From the NCBI GenBank assembly GCA_963798085.1, contig CAWCRS010000005.1, positions 384,001-448,000 of the forward strand: 64,000 bases of DNA, read 5' to 3'. The notes under the pieces were generated by a model that worked only from the letters and a program-made list of their open reading frames with translations, did not search any database and was not told where the DNA came from. This stretch comes from an uncultured Gemmatimonadales bacterium. Its GTDB lineage: Bacteria > Gemmatimonadota > Gemmatimonadetes > Longimicrobiales > RSA9. This document shows, in pieces, positions 1 to 10,923 of the stretch; within the stretch, counting starts at the first letter, position 1, and each line of letters starts with the position of its first letter. Made by a program: the position numbers and the translations under genes.

Positions 1-2
1 CC

Positions 3-479
3 TTCATTGAGCTTGCTCTTGCCCAGATCGAGCGCCTGCGCCACCTCGCCCGCGTCGATCGCCGTCGAATTCTGCGTCGCGGACTGGGTCGCGTTCCTTG
101 CCGTGCGGTTGGGCGCGGACTGTCCCTGCGCCAGCCGCTCCAGCAGCTGACTCACCACCGTCTGCAGCTGGGTAATGGATTCGCCGGTGCGGTCCAGCTG
201 ATCGCTCAGCTCCTGGAACCGGTGCGTCGATTGACCCGCCGCATCGCGCTGTGCCTCGAAGCTTACGCGCAGCGTGTCCAGCAGCAGCCGATAGTTCCTC
301 TGCTGCACCTGGAACAGCGAGTCCTGCCGCACCTGCAGCCGCTGCACCTCGTCCCGCAGCAGTTTCACGTCCTTCTTCGTGGCGCAACCGGCCAGCACCA
401 TGCAGACGCTCAATCCCGCAGTCGCCAGGAGCAGCCGGCTGCCCGGCTGCCGACGCCCAAACAGCACTGTTAGCTTCAC
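3..479 (-). CDS. cpoB: Tol-Pal-associated lipoprotein CpoB/YbgF, N-terminal part (runs off the window edge)
   Basis: Manual translation: GTG start overlapping the pal stop, MKLTVLFGRRQPGSRLLLATAGLSVCMVLAGCATKKDVKLLRDEVQRLQ. Lipobox LAGC, then coiled coil. Lies directly after pal. Not in the ORF track. Confidence 0.75.
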   Translation of the reverse strand, partial: MKLTVLFGRRQPGSRLLLATAGLSVCMVLAGCATKKDVKLLRDEVQRLQVRQDSLFQVQQRNYRLLLDTLRVSFEAQRDAAGQSTHRFQELSDQLDRTGESITQLQTVVSQLLERLAQGQSAPNRTARNATQSATQNSTAIDAGEVAQALDLGKSKLNE

Positions 480-1045
480 CGGCCGGCAACCAGTTTCTCG
501 CCGCCTCGCGTCACGGTGAATTCGGCCCGCCGGTTGCGCGCGTACGCCGCCGAGTCATGACCCATGTCCAGCGGCCGATCCTCACCCATCGTCTGCGTCG
601 TCAGGCGGGAAGCATCGATGCCGAAGCCGCTCAGATAGTCCTTCACGGCATTGGCGCGGCGCAGCCCCAGTGCCAGGTTGTACTCGGTCGAGCCGCGCTC
701 GTCCGCGTGTCCCGTGATCTGCAGTGCAACCGCCTGATTGGAGCGCAGAATGGGGAGTTTGGACTGGAGCGCCTGCTCCGCATCCTGGCGGATGCGTGAT
801 TCGTCGTAATCGAAGAACACCATCTGTTCCAGCACATCCCGCAGGCGACGCGTCTCCGCCGCTTCTGCGGCCATGCGCCGCGCGCCGTCACCGACCGTGT
901 CCGGCCCCGTCGCACGGGGCGGCGGTGCCTGCGGCTGCGTCGATGTCTGTTGAGGTGTCGGCTGTGGTGGCGGCTGCTTTTTCGAGCACGCCGGGGCCAC
1001 CAGGACGGCGGCCGTTACCATGAAGATTGCCGTCCGACGAATCAT
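476..1045 (-). CDS. pal: Peptidoglycan-associated lipoprotein Pal (OmpA-like domain)
   Basis: Lipoprotein signal; motifs VFFDYD, GHADERGSTEYNLALGLRRA and RNRRAEF; follows tolB. Confidence 0.95.
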   Translation of the reverse strand: MIRRTAIFMVTAAVLVAPACSKKQPPPQPTPQQTSTQPQAPPPRATGPDTVGDGARRMAAEAAETRRLRDVLEQMVFFDYDESRIRQDAEQALQSKLPILRSNQAVALQITGHADERGSTEYNLALGLRRANAVKDYLSGFGIDASRLTTQTMGEDRPLDMGHDSAAYARNRRAEFTVTRGGEKLVAGR

Positions 1046-1083
1046 CGCGTCTCCTTGGTGAGTATGGACCCCTGGAAGCATTC

Positions 1084-2455
1084 TCACTGCGTGGCGCTCA
1101 TGGCGCCCGCCAAAGACGGCGACCAATCCGCGGTGCGGAAGCCCTTGCCCTTCACCAGGCTCCGGATCGCGCCCGTCACCGTGTCGATAACATACAACCC
1201 CTCGCGCCCCGCGTCAGTATCCACATACACGATATGGCGTCCATCAGGCCCCCAGCTCAGGGTCCCGGTTCAAGCCCGCTGATGTCAGCTGTGTCACCTG
1301 CAGGCTCGGCTGGTCCGCATCGCCCACCATGATCTGGAACGTGCCGCGCGACATGCCGGCGAACGCCACCTTGGAGCTGGTGGGCGACCAGTCCGGCCCG
1401 TCGTACTGCACGTTCTCGCCGAAGGGCGTGAGGATGCGCGGGTTCGAGCCATCGGCGCCCATGATGTAAATGTGATGGCGGCCGGTGCGTGAGGAGATGA
1501 ACGCGATGCGCTGTCCGTCATGCGCGTAGGACGGGCTCATGTTCTCGCCGCCGCTCTCGGCCAGGCGGCGGGTGGTACCGCGCGACAGGTCGATCTCCTG
1601 GATTACGGTCGCGCCCAGGCGGCCGCGCTTCGGGTCATCGACACCGTACGCGATGTGTGTTCCATCGGGCGCGTAACACGGTGACAGGATCAGTGTCTTC
1701 TTCGAGTCGAGCGTCCGTATGCGGCCCGTTGTGAGGTCCCGCTCGACCAGGTCCCACGTGCCGTCCACGGCCTGCACCGGGTACGCGATGCGGCGGCCGT
1801 CGGGCGACCATGTGGGCGAGTACAGCATCACGCCCGCGCCCGTGATGCGGCGCAGGTTCTCGCCATCGGCGTCGACCGTCAGCAGGTCGTAACTCGTCGG
1901 TGTGATGCGCACGAACGCCACGCGCGTCGCGGCGATGCCGGGCTGTCCCGTGAGCCATTGCACGATGGCATCGGCGGCGGCGTGCACGGCGAGTCGGAAG
2001 TCCGGCGAATTCGAAGGCGGCAGGCGGAACGTGCCGCTCTGCTTCTCCTTGCCGTAGACCACGTCATGCGCCGAGAGCTGCAGCTGGAAGCCGCTGCCGC
2101 TGCTGCTCACATCGCCTGTTATCAGGTACACGACATTGAGGCTGTTCCATACCTCGTACTGCACGGGCGACGCGGCCAGCTCCTGCGGCACGGGAAACAT
2201 CTCGAAACGGTCGCTCAGCAACAGGTCGTTACCCAGGATGCCGCCCACCTGCTCGGCGATGTTCGCCTCGGCGAGTCCACCGGAGAGCGGTCTCAGGGCA
2301 ACGACGGGCCGCCCCATCTTCGAGTAGCGACCTTCCAGAGAAACGCCGGGCGGCAATTTGGTGGTGTCCTGCTGTGCCTGCGCGTGGCCGCCCAGGGCCG
2401 CGCAGGCGGCCAGGGCCATCACCATGCGCAGCGCCGTGCGCGTTGAAGCGGTCAT
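1084..2455 (-). CDS. tolB: TolB beta-propeller protein (apparent frameshift near 1255)
   Basis: Signal peptide and PD40 repeats (WSPDGRRIAY). The C-terminus continues in another frame as PDGRHIVYVD...DWSPSLAG. Confidence 0.9.
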
Positions 2456-2469
2456 CGTCGCCTTCGATC

Positions 2470-3180
2470 TCAGGTTCCGGGCGGAACGAAGCGGTAGCGC
2501 ACCCACAGGCGGTCCTGCACCCAGACATCGGGCAGGCGGCCGAATGCGCCGCGCTTCCCCGCCTGCTCCACGGCGCTGATCGCCTCCAGATTGAACTTCA
2601 GATCCCCGGACTTCTCGAGCAGTTGTATTCCGCCCACGGTGCCATCGCGGCTGATATAGAACACCACGAGCGCCGTCGGCTGGCCGCCTCCGCTGAAACG
2701 GAAGTACCGATTGATCTGCATGATGATGTTGGCGCAGTACTGCGGATCCGGGCACTCCACGCCCTCCTGGTTCACATCGATGCCCTCGCCTCCCGGCGAA
2801 TTCGGATCCGCGTGGGCACCCACGGTCTGCTGCGCCGGCTGCTTGCGTGTGGTGTCGACCACCGGTGTCTGCGCGATGCGCTTTACTTCGGGCGCGCTCG
2901 ATTTCGGCAGCGGCTTCGCGATCGGCTTCACGGTCTTCGGCGGAGCCACGATCTTGGACACCGGTGCGGGCGCCGGCGTCTCCGGCTTCGGCCCCTCGAC
3001 CTGAGGCGGCGGCGAGTACAGCTTCACCTTGTAGGAAACGAATTCCGGGGCCTTGCTCGCGTGCAGCACGCCCGTGAAGACGAGGACAGCGGCCAGCGCG
3101 ATGTGCACACCGAACGAGACGTAGAGCCCGCCGCGTTCGGGACCCGGCGCGCGCCGCGCGATGCCGCTTCCCAGCGCCAT
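2470..3180 (-). CDS. TolA/TonB-family energy transducer
   Basis: N-terminal TM with SxxxH motif (SFGVHIAL), Pro/Lys-rich linker and TonB-C-like domain; sits between tolR and tolB. Start uncertain. Confidence 0.8.
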   Translation of the reverse strand: MALGSGIARRAPGPERGGLYVSFGVHIALAAVLVFTGVLHASKAPEFVSYKVKLYSPPPQVEGPKPETPAPAPVSKIVAPPKTVKPIAKPLPKSSAPEVKRIAQTPVVDTTRKQPAQQTVGAHADPNSPGGEGIDVNQEGVECPDPQYCANIIMQINRYFRFSGGGQPTALVVFYISRDGTVGGIQLLEKSGDLKFNLEAISAVEQAGKRGAFGRLPDVWVQDRLWVRYRFVPPGT

Positions 3181-3235
3181 CTCGTCGGACCGGCTGCCCG
3201 CGTTCCCGGCGTCGTTCCGGCGCGCAGGGTTCAAC

Positions 3236-3655
3236 TCATCGCCCGTTGGTCGGCTCAACGACCACTCCCAGCTGCAGTCCCAGCTTCTGCGCCACGCCCA
3301 TTACCTCGGCGGCCCGCCCGAAGTTCACGCTCTTGTCGCTCTTGAGCACGATCTCCTTCTTGTCCCTGCTGCGATAGCTGCGCAGCATGCTCTCGAGTTC
3401 GGCGAGGCTGCGCACTTTCACCTTGCCGACGTAGATCGTGCCATCGGCCGCAATGGTGACGATCGTGTTGTCGTCCGACGTCTGCAGCGGGCGCGCGTCT
3501 GCCTCGGGCAGCTGCACTTCAATGCCGCCCTGCAGAATGGGTGCTGTGATCATGAAGATGATGAGCAGGACGAAGGCGACGTCGACCAGATTGACGAGGT
3601 TGATCTCGGCGTTGATGGGCAGGTCGCGGCGCCGCTTGCCGCCGAAGTGCATCAT
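3236..3655 (-). CDS. tolR: TolR/ExbD biopolymer transport protein
   Basis: INLVNLVDVAFVLLIIFMITAP motif. Confidence 0.9.
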   Translation of the reverse strand: MMHFGGKRRRDLPINAEINLVNLVDVAFVLLIIFMITAPILQGGIEVQLPEADARPLQTSDDNTIVTIAADGTIYVGKVKVRSLAELESMLRSYRSRDKKEIVLKSDKSVNFGRAAEVMGVAQKLGLQLGVVVEPTNGR

Positions 3656-3686
3656 GATGCGGCGCCCTGCCGACGGCTCCCAGCGG

Positions 3687-4398
3687 TCACAGGTGTCCTT
3701 CCCGTGCGAGCGTGCCAATGAATTCGCTGGCGAATCCTTCCAGCTCTCCGCTGAACCGGTGGAGTCGCGTCACGTAGTAGTTGTACGCGATCACGGCTGG
3801 AATCGCCGAGACCAGGCCGAACGCGGTGGTGATCAGCGCTTCGGCAATGCCGGGCGCGACCGACGTAATGCCTGCCGAGCCCGTGTTCGTAATACCGATG
3901 AACGCATCGATTACACCGAGCACAGTGCCCAGGAGCCCCATCAGTGGCGAGATGACGCCGATGATGGCGAGCCAGATCGAGCCCGCCGGAGAGCGCGTCG
4001 CGCTCTTCGTCCTGCACCTTCTCGAGCACCAGCCAGAGCGCGTTGAGCTGGGTTTCGCTGAGACCGTGCGGGTCCGGACCGTCCTGGCGCAGTGCACCCG
4101 GCCGCAGCTCACTGAAGAAGTTGGTGCCCTGCCGGAACATTCGTGTGTACGGCGTCTCCGGCAGTCGAAGGATGGTCTTGTACGCGTCCTCCAGTCGCTG
4201 GGCGCGCTCCAGTGCTTCCACGAAGCGTTTGCCCTGCTTCCGCAGCCGTCGGAATTGTCGGAGTTTCCAGATGATCAGCCACCAGGATGCGACCGAGAAG
4301 AGCGTCAGGATGCCCAGGACGATCTGGGTGGACGGGCTGCCGTTCAGGACCATGCTCAGCGTCCTGGGCAGCTCCACACCCTGCAGAATCTGTGTCAC
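3687..4398 (-). CDS. tolQ: TolQ/ExbB (MotA family) proton channel (apparent frameshift near 3975)
   Basis: SPLMGLLGTVLGVI and APGIAEALITTAFGL motifs, split over two frames. Confidence 0.9.
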
Positions 4399-5348
4399 TC
4401 GCCTCGCTCCTCCACCTCCGCAATGTACCGGTAGGTCTGCTCGAGACCGCTGCTGATCGTGGTCGCCGATTGCCAGCCGTTCGCCCGCGCGCGTGTCGCG
4501 TCCAGGCAGGAGCGACGCAGTTCGCCGGGCCTCTCGGCCGCGCGCTTCGTGCCCACTTCACGGCCTGCCACGCGCTGCAGTTCGGCGGCCAGCTCGATTG
4601 ACCTTGTTTCCTGTCCGGTGCCGATGTTGAACGCCCGGCTGTCGAGGCCGGTCGCCGCGGGCAGCTGCGCTTCTGTCAACACGACGTTGGCTGCAGCGAC
4701 ATCACCAACGAACACGTAGTCGCGGGTCTGTTCGCCATCGCCGTAAATGGTGAGCGGCTGCCCCGCCAGAATGCGCCGCGAAAAGATGGCTACGACGCCT
4801 GCTTCACCGTGCGGATCCTGACGTGGTCCGTACACGTTCGAGTAGCGCACTGCCACATAATCGAGTCCGTGCACCCGGTGATAGTAGTACAGATAGTACT
4901 CCGCCGCGAGTTTCGTCACGCCGTATGGTGAGAGTGGCAGCTTGGGTGCGGTTTCCGGTGTCGGTCGTGCTTCCGGCTCACCATACACGACGCCGCCGGA
5001 TGACACGAACAGCAACCGCCGGCAACCGAATCGCATTGCCTGTTCCACGACATTGAGGAAGCCATCAATGTTGATGCCCGCATCCTTGCGCGGGTCCGAC
5101 GACTGATGTGCGCACATCGATCTGGGCCGCGTGATGGTTGACGATGTCGAAGCCGCCGACTTCCGCGAACAGATTCGTCAGCGCGGCATCGCGAATGTTC
5201 ATCTGCACGAGTGTCGCGCCCTGCGGCACGTTGCGATGCGCCCCGATGACAGGTCATCCACCACCCAGACATCATGGCCGCGATCCAGGAATGCCTGCGC
5301 CACGTGGCCCCCAATGAAGCCGGCTCCACCCGTCACCAGCACTTTCAT
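4395..5348 (-). CDS. NAD-dependent epimerase/dehydratase (UDP-glucose 4-epimerase-like; indels near 5110-5240)
   Basis: [13 protein letters not shown], YxxxK (YGVTK), [18 protein letters not shown]. Confidence 0.85.
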
Positions 5349-5493
5349 GCCCGATCTCCTTCCGTGCAGGTTGTCGTCCTGTTGTCCCGCAATGAACACG
5401 GGCGCCAGTGCGGCGCCCGTGCAGGCGAATTCGAATGTACAGCATGGCCGCGCGCGCGGCCTGCCGCATCACGGGCATCTTGCGCGATCACGC

Positions 5494-6616
5494 TCACCCG
5501 CAGTCCGGCCTGCAGCGCGTGCTGGACGCATCGGATACGCGCACCGTCGCGCTGCCCGGCGTCACGCGCACCACGCGCATGCGCGCGACGTTCTCCTCCG
5601 GCAGCATGCTGCGTGGTGCCATGTCGCGCGCCGCTGCGGCACGGATACGCGTCAGCTCATCGCCCACCGCAATGCCCGCATCCTCGCCAAGGTCGATGAA
5701 GCCGTCATCCATCGTGCCGTACAACGGATCGCGATCCACGAATGCGAGCACCTGTCCTTCCGCGCCATTCGGTCACCGGCTGCGGCATGCCGCGCTGGAA
5801 CGCCGGTGCGGCGGGCACTTTGATCATGAGGTCGCCCGTGTAGGCCTCGCGGTACTGATGGAGCAGCTGCAGCGAGGCGACGGTCTCGCCAATGGAATCG
5901 ACGCGCAGCATGGCGACGGGCTCGACGACCGTGCCCGCCGTGCCGACGCGATTGCCGAAACGGACGAGCATCATGCTGTCACCCACCTGCAGCGGATCAC
6001 CGCGCAGGAAGCCGACCAGCACGCGGTCGAAGGGGTGCAGCAGGGTGGGCAGCTTGTCGTGCTGCGCGCCGGGATCGGCGAGGCTCATGAGCCTGCCACG
6101 CACTTCGACTGCCGCAGGGTCATCCAGCCAGGGCGCCGAATAGAACTCCGACGGCGTCACGAAATACGACGGGGCGCGCGTCAGCTTGAGGTCCGTGGCG
6201 CGCGTGGCGTCGACCGGCGGCGGCGGCGTGTAGAAGCGCGAGCGGCCCGGCCGCCGCGTCGTCGCCGGCGTCGCGGCCGGCGGCTGCGGGCCGGGATCCG
6301 CGGGCACTTCCTTCACCGCGACCGCCATCGTGGAGTCCTTCACCACGACGGGCAGGCCCTGCTCCAGTCCGGGGATCTTCAGCCGCTCGTTCGGATAGAT
6401 CCAGTGCGGATCCTCCACTACATCGCGGTTGGCATTGAAGATCACCGGCCACAGCAGCGGGTTGGTGAAATAGAAATGCGCGAGATCCCACAGGGTGTCG
6501 CCTTTCTTGACGACATGCACCTTCTGCTCTGTGGGCTGTTGCGCGTGAGCGGGCTGCATCGCGCCGAGCATCCCGATGGATACGAGAGAGAGAATGACGC
6601 GGGCCGGAGTTCCCAT
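5494..6616 (-). CDS. Secreted LysM peptidoglycan-binding protein (frameshift near 5760; 3' end approximate)
   Basis: Signal peptide, then HVVKKGDTLWDLA...LWPVIFNANR...DPHWIYP; C-terminal FIDLGEDAGIAVGD segment in a second frame. Confidence 0.8.
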
Positions 6617-7082
6617 GCGAGCTGTCAAGGGACGACTCACTCCTTCCGAAGGGTTCTTCCTTCTCATCCGAGCGGGCGACGCGTCCGTCGCGATCGCGCG
6701 CGCGGCTGTTCACGCCGGGTTACGACAACCCTGCGGCTGGTGCGCGGCTTCCCGGCCGCGCACCCTCACCGTTCTCCATGCGCAGGTGATGAGCCCCGCT
6801 CATGGACCCTGTCGGTCTGCCGGATCCTCTTCCTTCCGCCTTCGCCGCGCTTCCCTGCGCCTCGATGCGTTGCTTCGCGGATCACTCGGCGAGCCCGGCC
6901 GGGGGGTATGGCCGTGACAACTCCCAGCAACACGGTTGAGGCTCCGGCGCCGCCCTGCCGCCGCCAGCCCGCTACAGCGCGAATCGCGCCGCCCCGGGCA
7001 GCACAGCTCGCAGGCATCGGTGCCGGAACCCCGCTGGTTGGGAGTATCGGCAGGCTTGGCGAGAAGGTGGAGCAAGGGGTCC

Positions 7083-7150
7083 CGAACCGCGTTGCTGGGG
7101 CTGGTTGCCGGGGCTGCGGTGCTGGAGCTGCTTACTGGGGGCTGGTTGCG
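7083..7150. repeat. Degenerate copy of the intergenic CTGGGGCT...GGCTGGTTGC repeat family
   Basis: cgaaccgcgttgctggggctggttgccggggctg at 7083 matches cgaaccgcgttactggggctcgggctggttgctgggg at 42929. Confidence 0.6.
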
Positions 7151-7220
7151 CGGAAACGCATTTGCGGCGTGGCGGCTTGGACTGGGCTGCAGGGACGGGC
7201 TCCGGATTCCCTTTCCGCCG

Positions 7221-7706
7221 TCAGGCCTCTTCGCGAAGGATCCTCCGCATGACGAGGGCGTCTTCCGTGGGGCGGACGTAGTAGTTCTTGCGGACACCGA
7301 TCTCGCGGAAGCCGAGGCGGCGGTAGAGGCGCTGGGCGGTGAGGTTGGTGCGTCGAACTTCCAGGAATACCTCGCGGGCGGAGCGGCGGCGAGCTCGCTC
7401 GAGCACCGCTTCCACGAGCTTCTCGCCTACGCCCTGGCGCCGCCACATGCTGGACACGGCGACGTTGCCCAGTTCGCCCTGATCCACGATGAACCAGCAT
7501 ACCGCGTAGCCGGCCAGCTCGCCCTCGCACTCCGCCGCCACCAGGTCCGTGTCGGTGCGCATGAGAAGACTGCGGAACGTGCTCTCGCTCCATGGCACGG
7601 AGTACGCCTCGTTCTCGATTTCGAGCACGACGGGCAGGTCGCTTTCGCGCAGCACCCGTATGCGCACTTCCGGCGCGGGCGTCGGACGCTGCTGCACGGC
7701 GCTCAT
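7221..7706 (-). CDS. rimI: Ribosomal protein S18 alanine N-acetyltransferase
   Basis: GNAT fold: LGNVAV, RRQGVG, FLEVRRTN, RKNYY...EDAL; downstream of tsaB. Confidence 0.9.
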   Translation of the reverse strand: MSAVQQRPTPAPEVRIRVLRESDLPVVLEIENEAYSVPWSESTFRSLLMRTDTDLVAAECEGELAGYAVCWFIVDQGELGNVAVSSMWRRQGVGEKLVEAVLERARRRSAREVFLEVRRTNLTAQRLYRRLGFREIGVRKNYYVRPTEDALVMRRILREEA

Positions 7707-8401
7707 GAAGCGGCCGGGCGCGCGCCCGAGGAACGGAGGTAGTCGGGCTGCCAGCGGGCGACCGGAACCGGAAGCGGCGGCGTCGCCTGCTCCGCAAGCC
7801 AGAGCAGCGCCGATGCACGCGGCAGCGCCATCGGCGCCTCCGCCACCACGCCACCGCGGCCGCGGATGCGGTCCGCGTTGCGCAGCGCACCATCGCCCGT
7901 GTACAGCGGATCCTCCCCGGCTACCCGGTCCATGATCGCGTCTGCCGTTCCCGCGGTGGGTGGCAATACGGTGATCCACGCGCCGCCCGCCAGGAAACGA
8001 TAACATGCGCCGTAGACCTCGCCACGCCGCGCGTCGAACAGGGCGCAGACGGGACGCGCCGGCTGTGCGCACCCCGCAGCCAGTGCCGCCAGGCTCGAGT
8101 ACGGAAGCAATGAAATGTCGAGCGCGTGGGCCAGGCCCTTGGCCGTGGCCGCCGCAATGCGGACGCCCGTGAAGGAGCCCGGTCCTGCGCCCACGACGAT
8201 CGCCTGCAGGTCGCCGGCAGCAACGCCAGCGCGTGCCAGCGCAAACTCGACGGCGGGCAGCAGCACCTCCGAATGGCGCACGCTGACACCCAGCAGCACT
8301 TCCGCGAGCAGCGCCTCGCCCCGGCCGACCGCCACGCTGCCCAGCGTGGTCGATGTCTCCAGCGCGAGCCGCAGTGTGCCCGCTGTCGTTCGCTCAGGCA
8401 T
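7703..8401 (-). CDS. tsaB: tRNA threonylcarbamoyladenosine biosynthesis protein TsaB
   Basis: LALETST, GPGSFTGVRI, DARRGEVY. Confidence 0.95.
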   Translation of the reverse strand: MPERTTAGTLRLALETSTTLGSVAVGRGEALLAEVLLGVSVRHSEVLLPAVEFALARAGVAAGDLQAIVVGAGPGSFTGVRIAAATAKGLAHALDISLLPYSSLAALAAGCAQPARPVCALFDARRGEVYGACYRFLAGGAWITVLPPTAGTADAIMDRVAGEDPLYTGDGALRNADRIRGRGGVVAEAPMALPRASALLWLAEQATPPLPVPVARWQPDYLRSSGARPAAS

Positions 8402-8840
8402 CGCTTGCGGCCGGCAGGGGTTCCGCGCCACCCATCGCCTCGACGGTGAGCCTGCGGTGCAGCGCGTCATGGCCAGGCTCGAGCCTCACGTCCCAGCGCC
8501 TCGCCGGCAGCAGCGCTTCGGCCCGCTCGGGCCATTCCAGCAGCACGATCTCGCGTCCGTCACCCAGCTCGCTCCAGCCCAGCTCCCAGACATCCTCCGC
8601 CCGTTCCAGCCGAAACAGGTCGAGGTGTGCGACGGTGGTCCCATTCTTCGCCGCGTAACGCAGCACCAGGTTGAAGGTAGGCGATGGCATGGGCGAGGTC
8701 ACGCCCGCGCCGCGCGCGATGGCGCGCGCCAGCACGCTCTTGCCCGCACCCAGCTCACCGCGCAGCGCAAAGAAGGCCGGAACCGCGACGGTCCGGCCCA
8801 CGCGTTCGCCCCAGCGAACCAGCGCCGCTTCGTCCAGCAT
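8394..8840 (-). CDS. tsaE: tRNA threonylcarbamoyladenosine biosynthesis ATPase TsaE
   Basis: GELGAGKS, SPTFNL, HLDLFRL, LEWPE. Confidence 0.95.
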   Translation of the reverse strand: MLDEAALVRWGERVGRTVAVPAFFALRGELGAGKSVLARAIARGAGVTSPMPSPTFNLVLRYAAKNGTTVAHLDLFRLERAEDVWELGWSELGDGREIVLLEWPERAEALLPARRWDVRLEPGHDALHRRLTVEAMGGAEPLPAASDA

Positions 8841-10867
8841 CACTCCGGCGCTGCGGCGACCGCCTTCGAGCCCAGCTTCGCTTTCACTTCCAGCAGCTCG
8901 TCGCGCAGCACCGCCGCCCGCTCGAAGTCCAGCATCGCCGCGGCTTCGTTCATCTGGCGCTCGAGGATCTTGGACCATTCCTCCAGGTTCACCTCAGCCG
9001 CGTAGCTCGCCCGCGGCTCCGCCACGCGCATACCCCGCCGCAGTGCTTCACTGCTGCGCGCATCCGCCACCCGCGTGCTGAGCATCAGCTCCTCCACGGT
9101 CTTGCTGATGGTCTGCGGTGTAATGCCGTGTTCTTCATTGTAGCGACGCTGCACTTCCCGCCTGCGGTTCGTTTCTTCGAGGCACCTCTGCATGGAACCG
9201 GTCATGCGATCCGCGTACATGATCGCCTTGCCGTGCACGTTCCTCGCCGCGCGCCCGATCGTCTGGATCAGCGAGCGCTCATCGCGCAGAAACCCTTCCT
9301 TGTCCGCGTCCAGGATGGCGACCAGCGAGACTTCCGGCAGGTCCAGGCCCTCGCGCAGCAGGTTGATGCCCACCAGCACATCGAAACGGCCGAGTCGCAG
9401 GTCGCGCAGGATCTCGATGCGCTCGATCGCATCGATGTCCGAGTGCATGTAGCGTACGCGAATGCCCACCTGCTGCAGGTACTCGGTAAGGTCTTCGGCC
9501 ATCCGTTTCGTCAGGGTCGTGACCAGGACGCGCTCGCGCTGCGCGACGCGCGCGTGAATCTCCGCCATGAGATCGTCGATCTGGCCCTTCACCGGCCGCA
9601 CTTCCGCTTCCGGATCCACCAGCCCGGTCGGACGGATGAGCTGTTCCACGATGACGCCGCCCGACTTCGTCAGCTCGAATTCGCCCGGTGTGGCCGACAC
9701 GAAGATGGCGCGCGGCACCAGCTCCTCCCATTCCCCGAACTTGAGCGGCCGGTTGTCGAGCGCACTGGGCAGGCGGAAGCCGTGCTCGACGAGCACGGAC
9801 TTGCGGGCGCGGTCGCCGTTGTACATGCCGCGGATCTGCGGCAGCGACTGGTGCGACTCGTCCACGATGACGAGGAAGTCTTCCGGGAAGTAGTCGAACA
9901 GGCAGGCCGGCCTTTCGCCTTCCGCGCGGCCGGCCAGGTGGCGCGAGTAATTCTCGACGCCCGGGCAGGTCCCGATCTCGAGCAGCATCTCGATGTCGAA
10001 GTGCGTACGCTGCTCGAGCCGCTGCGCTTCCAGCAGCCGGCCGCTGCCGCGCAGCTCCAGCAGCCTTTCGTCCAGCTCCAGCCGGATGCGCTCCAGCGCC
10101 CGCTCCACCGTGCTGCGCTGCGTGACGTAGTGCGTGGCGGGGTAGATGGCCGTACGCTGCAGCCGCACAATGGTCTGGCCGGTGAGCGGATCGAAGCGCG
10201 TGATGCGCTCGATCTCGTCGCCGAACAGTTCGATGCGAATGCCCTGTTCGTCGTAGGCCGGGAACACCTCGACGACATCACCGCGCACGCGGAACGTGCC
10301 GCGCGTGAAATCAATGTCGTTGCGCCCGTACTGGATGCGCACCAGTGCCTGCAGCACATCGCGGCGCGTGATCTTCTGTCCGGTCTCCAGCACCAGCAGC
10401 AGCTCGCGGTACTCGCGCGGATCTCCCAGACCGTAGATGCAGGACACCGAGGCCACGATGATGACGTCCTCGCGCTCCATCAGCGAGGACGTGGCGCGCA
10501 GTCGCAGCCGCTCGATGTCTTCGTTGATCGATGCGTCCTTCTCGATGTACGTGTCCGTCGACGGCACGTACGCTTCCGGCTGGTAGTAGTCGTAATAGGA
10601 GACGAAGTACTCGACCGCGTTGCGCGGAAAGAAGCCCTTCAGCTCACCGTAGAGCTGCGCCGCCAGCGTCTTGTTGTGGCTCATGACCAGTGTGGGCCGG
10701 CCGTAGGCGGCAATGGCTGACGCCATGGTCACGGTCTTGCCCGAGCCGGTCACTCCGAGCAGGGTCTGGTACCGGTCGCCGCGCTCCAGTCCCGCCACCA
10801 GCTCGCCGATGGCCTGCGGCTGATCACCGGACAGGCCGAACGGCAGCTCCAGTTCGTACTTCGCCAT
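8840..10867 (-). CDS. uvrB: Excinuclease ABC subunit B
   Basis: [27 protein letters not shown]-terminal UVR domain. Confidence 0.98.
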   Translation of the reverse strand: MAKYELELPFGLSGDQPQAIGELVAGLERGDRYQTLLGVTGSGKTVTMASAIAAYGRPTLVMSHNKTLAAQLYGELKGFFPRNAVEYFVSYYDYYQPEAYVPSTDTYIEKDASINEDIERLRLRATSSLMEREDVIIVASVSCIYGLGDPREYRELLLVLETGQKITRRDVLQALVRIQYGRNDIDFTRGTFRVRGDVVEVFPAYDEQGIRIELFGDEIERITRFDPLTGQTIVRLQRTAIYPATHYVTQRSTVERALERIRLELDERLLELRGSGRLLEAQRLEQRTHFDIEMLLEIGTCPGVENYSRHLAGRAEGERPACLFDYFPEDFLVIVDESHQSLPQIRGMYNGDRARKSVLVEHGFRLPSALDNRPLKFGEWEELVPRAIFVSATPGEFELTKSGGVIVEQLIRPTGLVDPEAEVRPVKGQIDDLMAEIHARVAQRERVLVTTLTKRMAEDLTEYLQQVGIRVRYMHSDIDAIERIEILRDLRLGRFDVLVGINLLREGLDLPEVSLVAILDADKEGFLRDERSLIQTIGRAARNVHGKAIMYADRMTGSMQRCLEETNRRREVQRRYNEEHGITPQTISKTVEELMLSTRVADARSSEALRRGMRVAEPRASYAAEVNLEEWSKILERQMNEAAAMLDFERAAVLRDELLEVKAKLGSKAVAAAPE

Positions 10868-10923
10868 GGATTTCCTTCGAGTCCCGGAGAGTGCCTGCGC
10901 TGCGGGCCCGTGCTGCGGCCGCG

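Noticed and set aside
6617..7220. c-di-AMP (ydaO) riboswitch, RNase P RNA or SRP RNA upstream of the LysM gene
   Set aside because: I could not find their hallmark motifs by eye (for example GAGGAAAGTCC or CAGGTCCGGAAGGAAGCAGC). The region is kept only as an unexplained structured gap.
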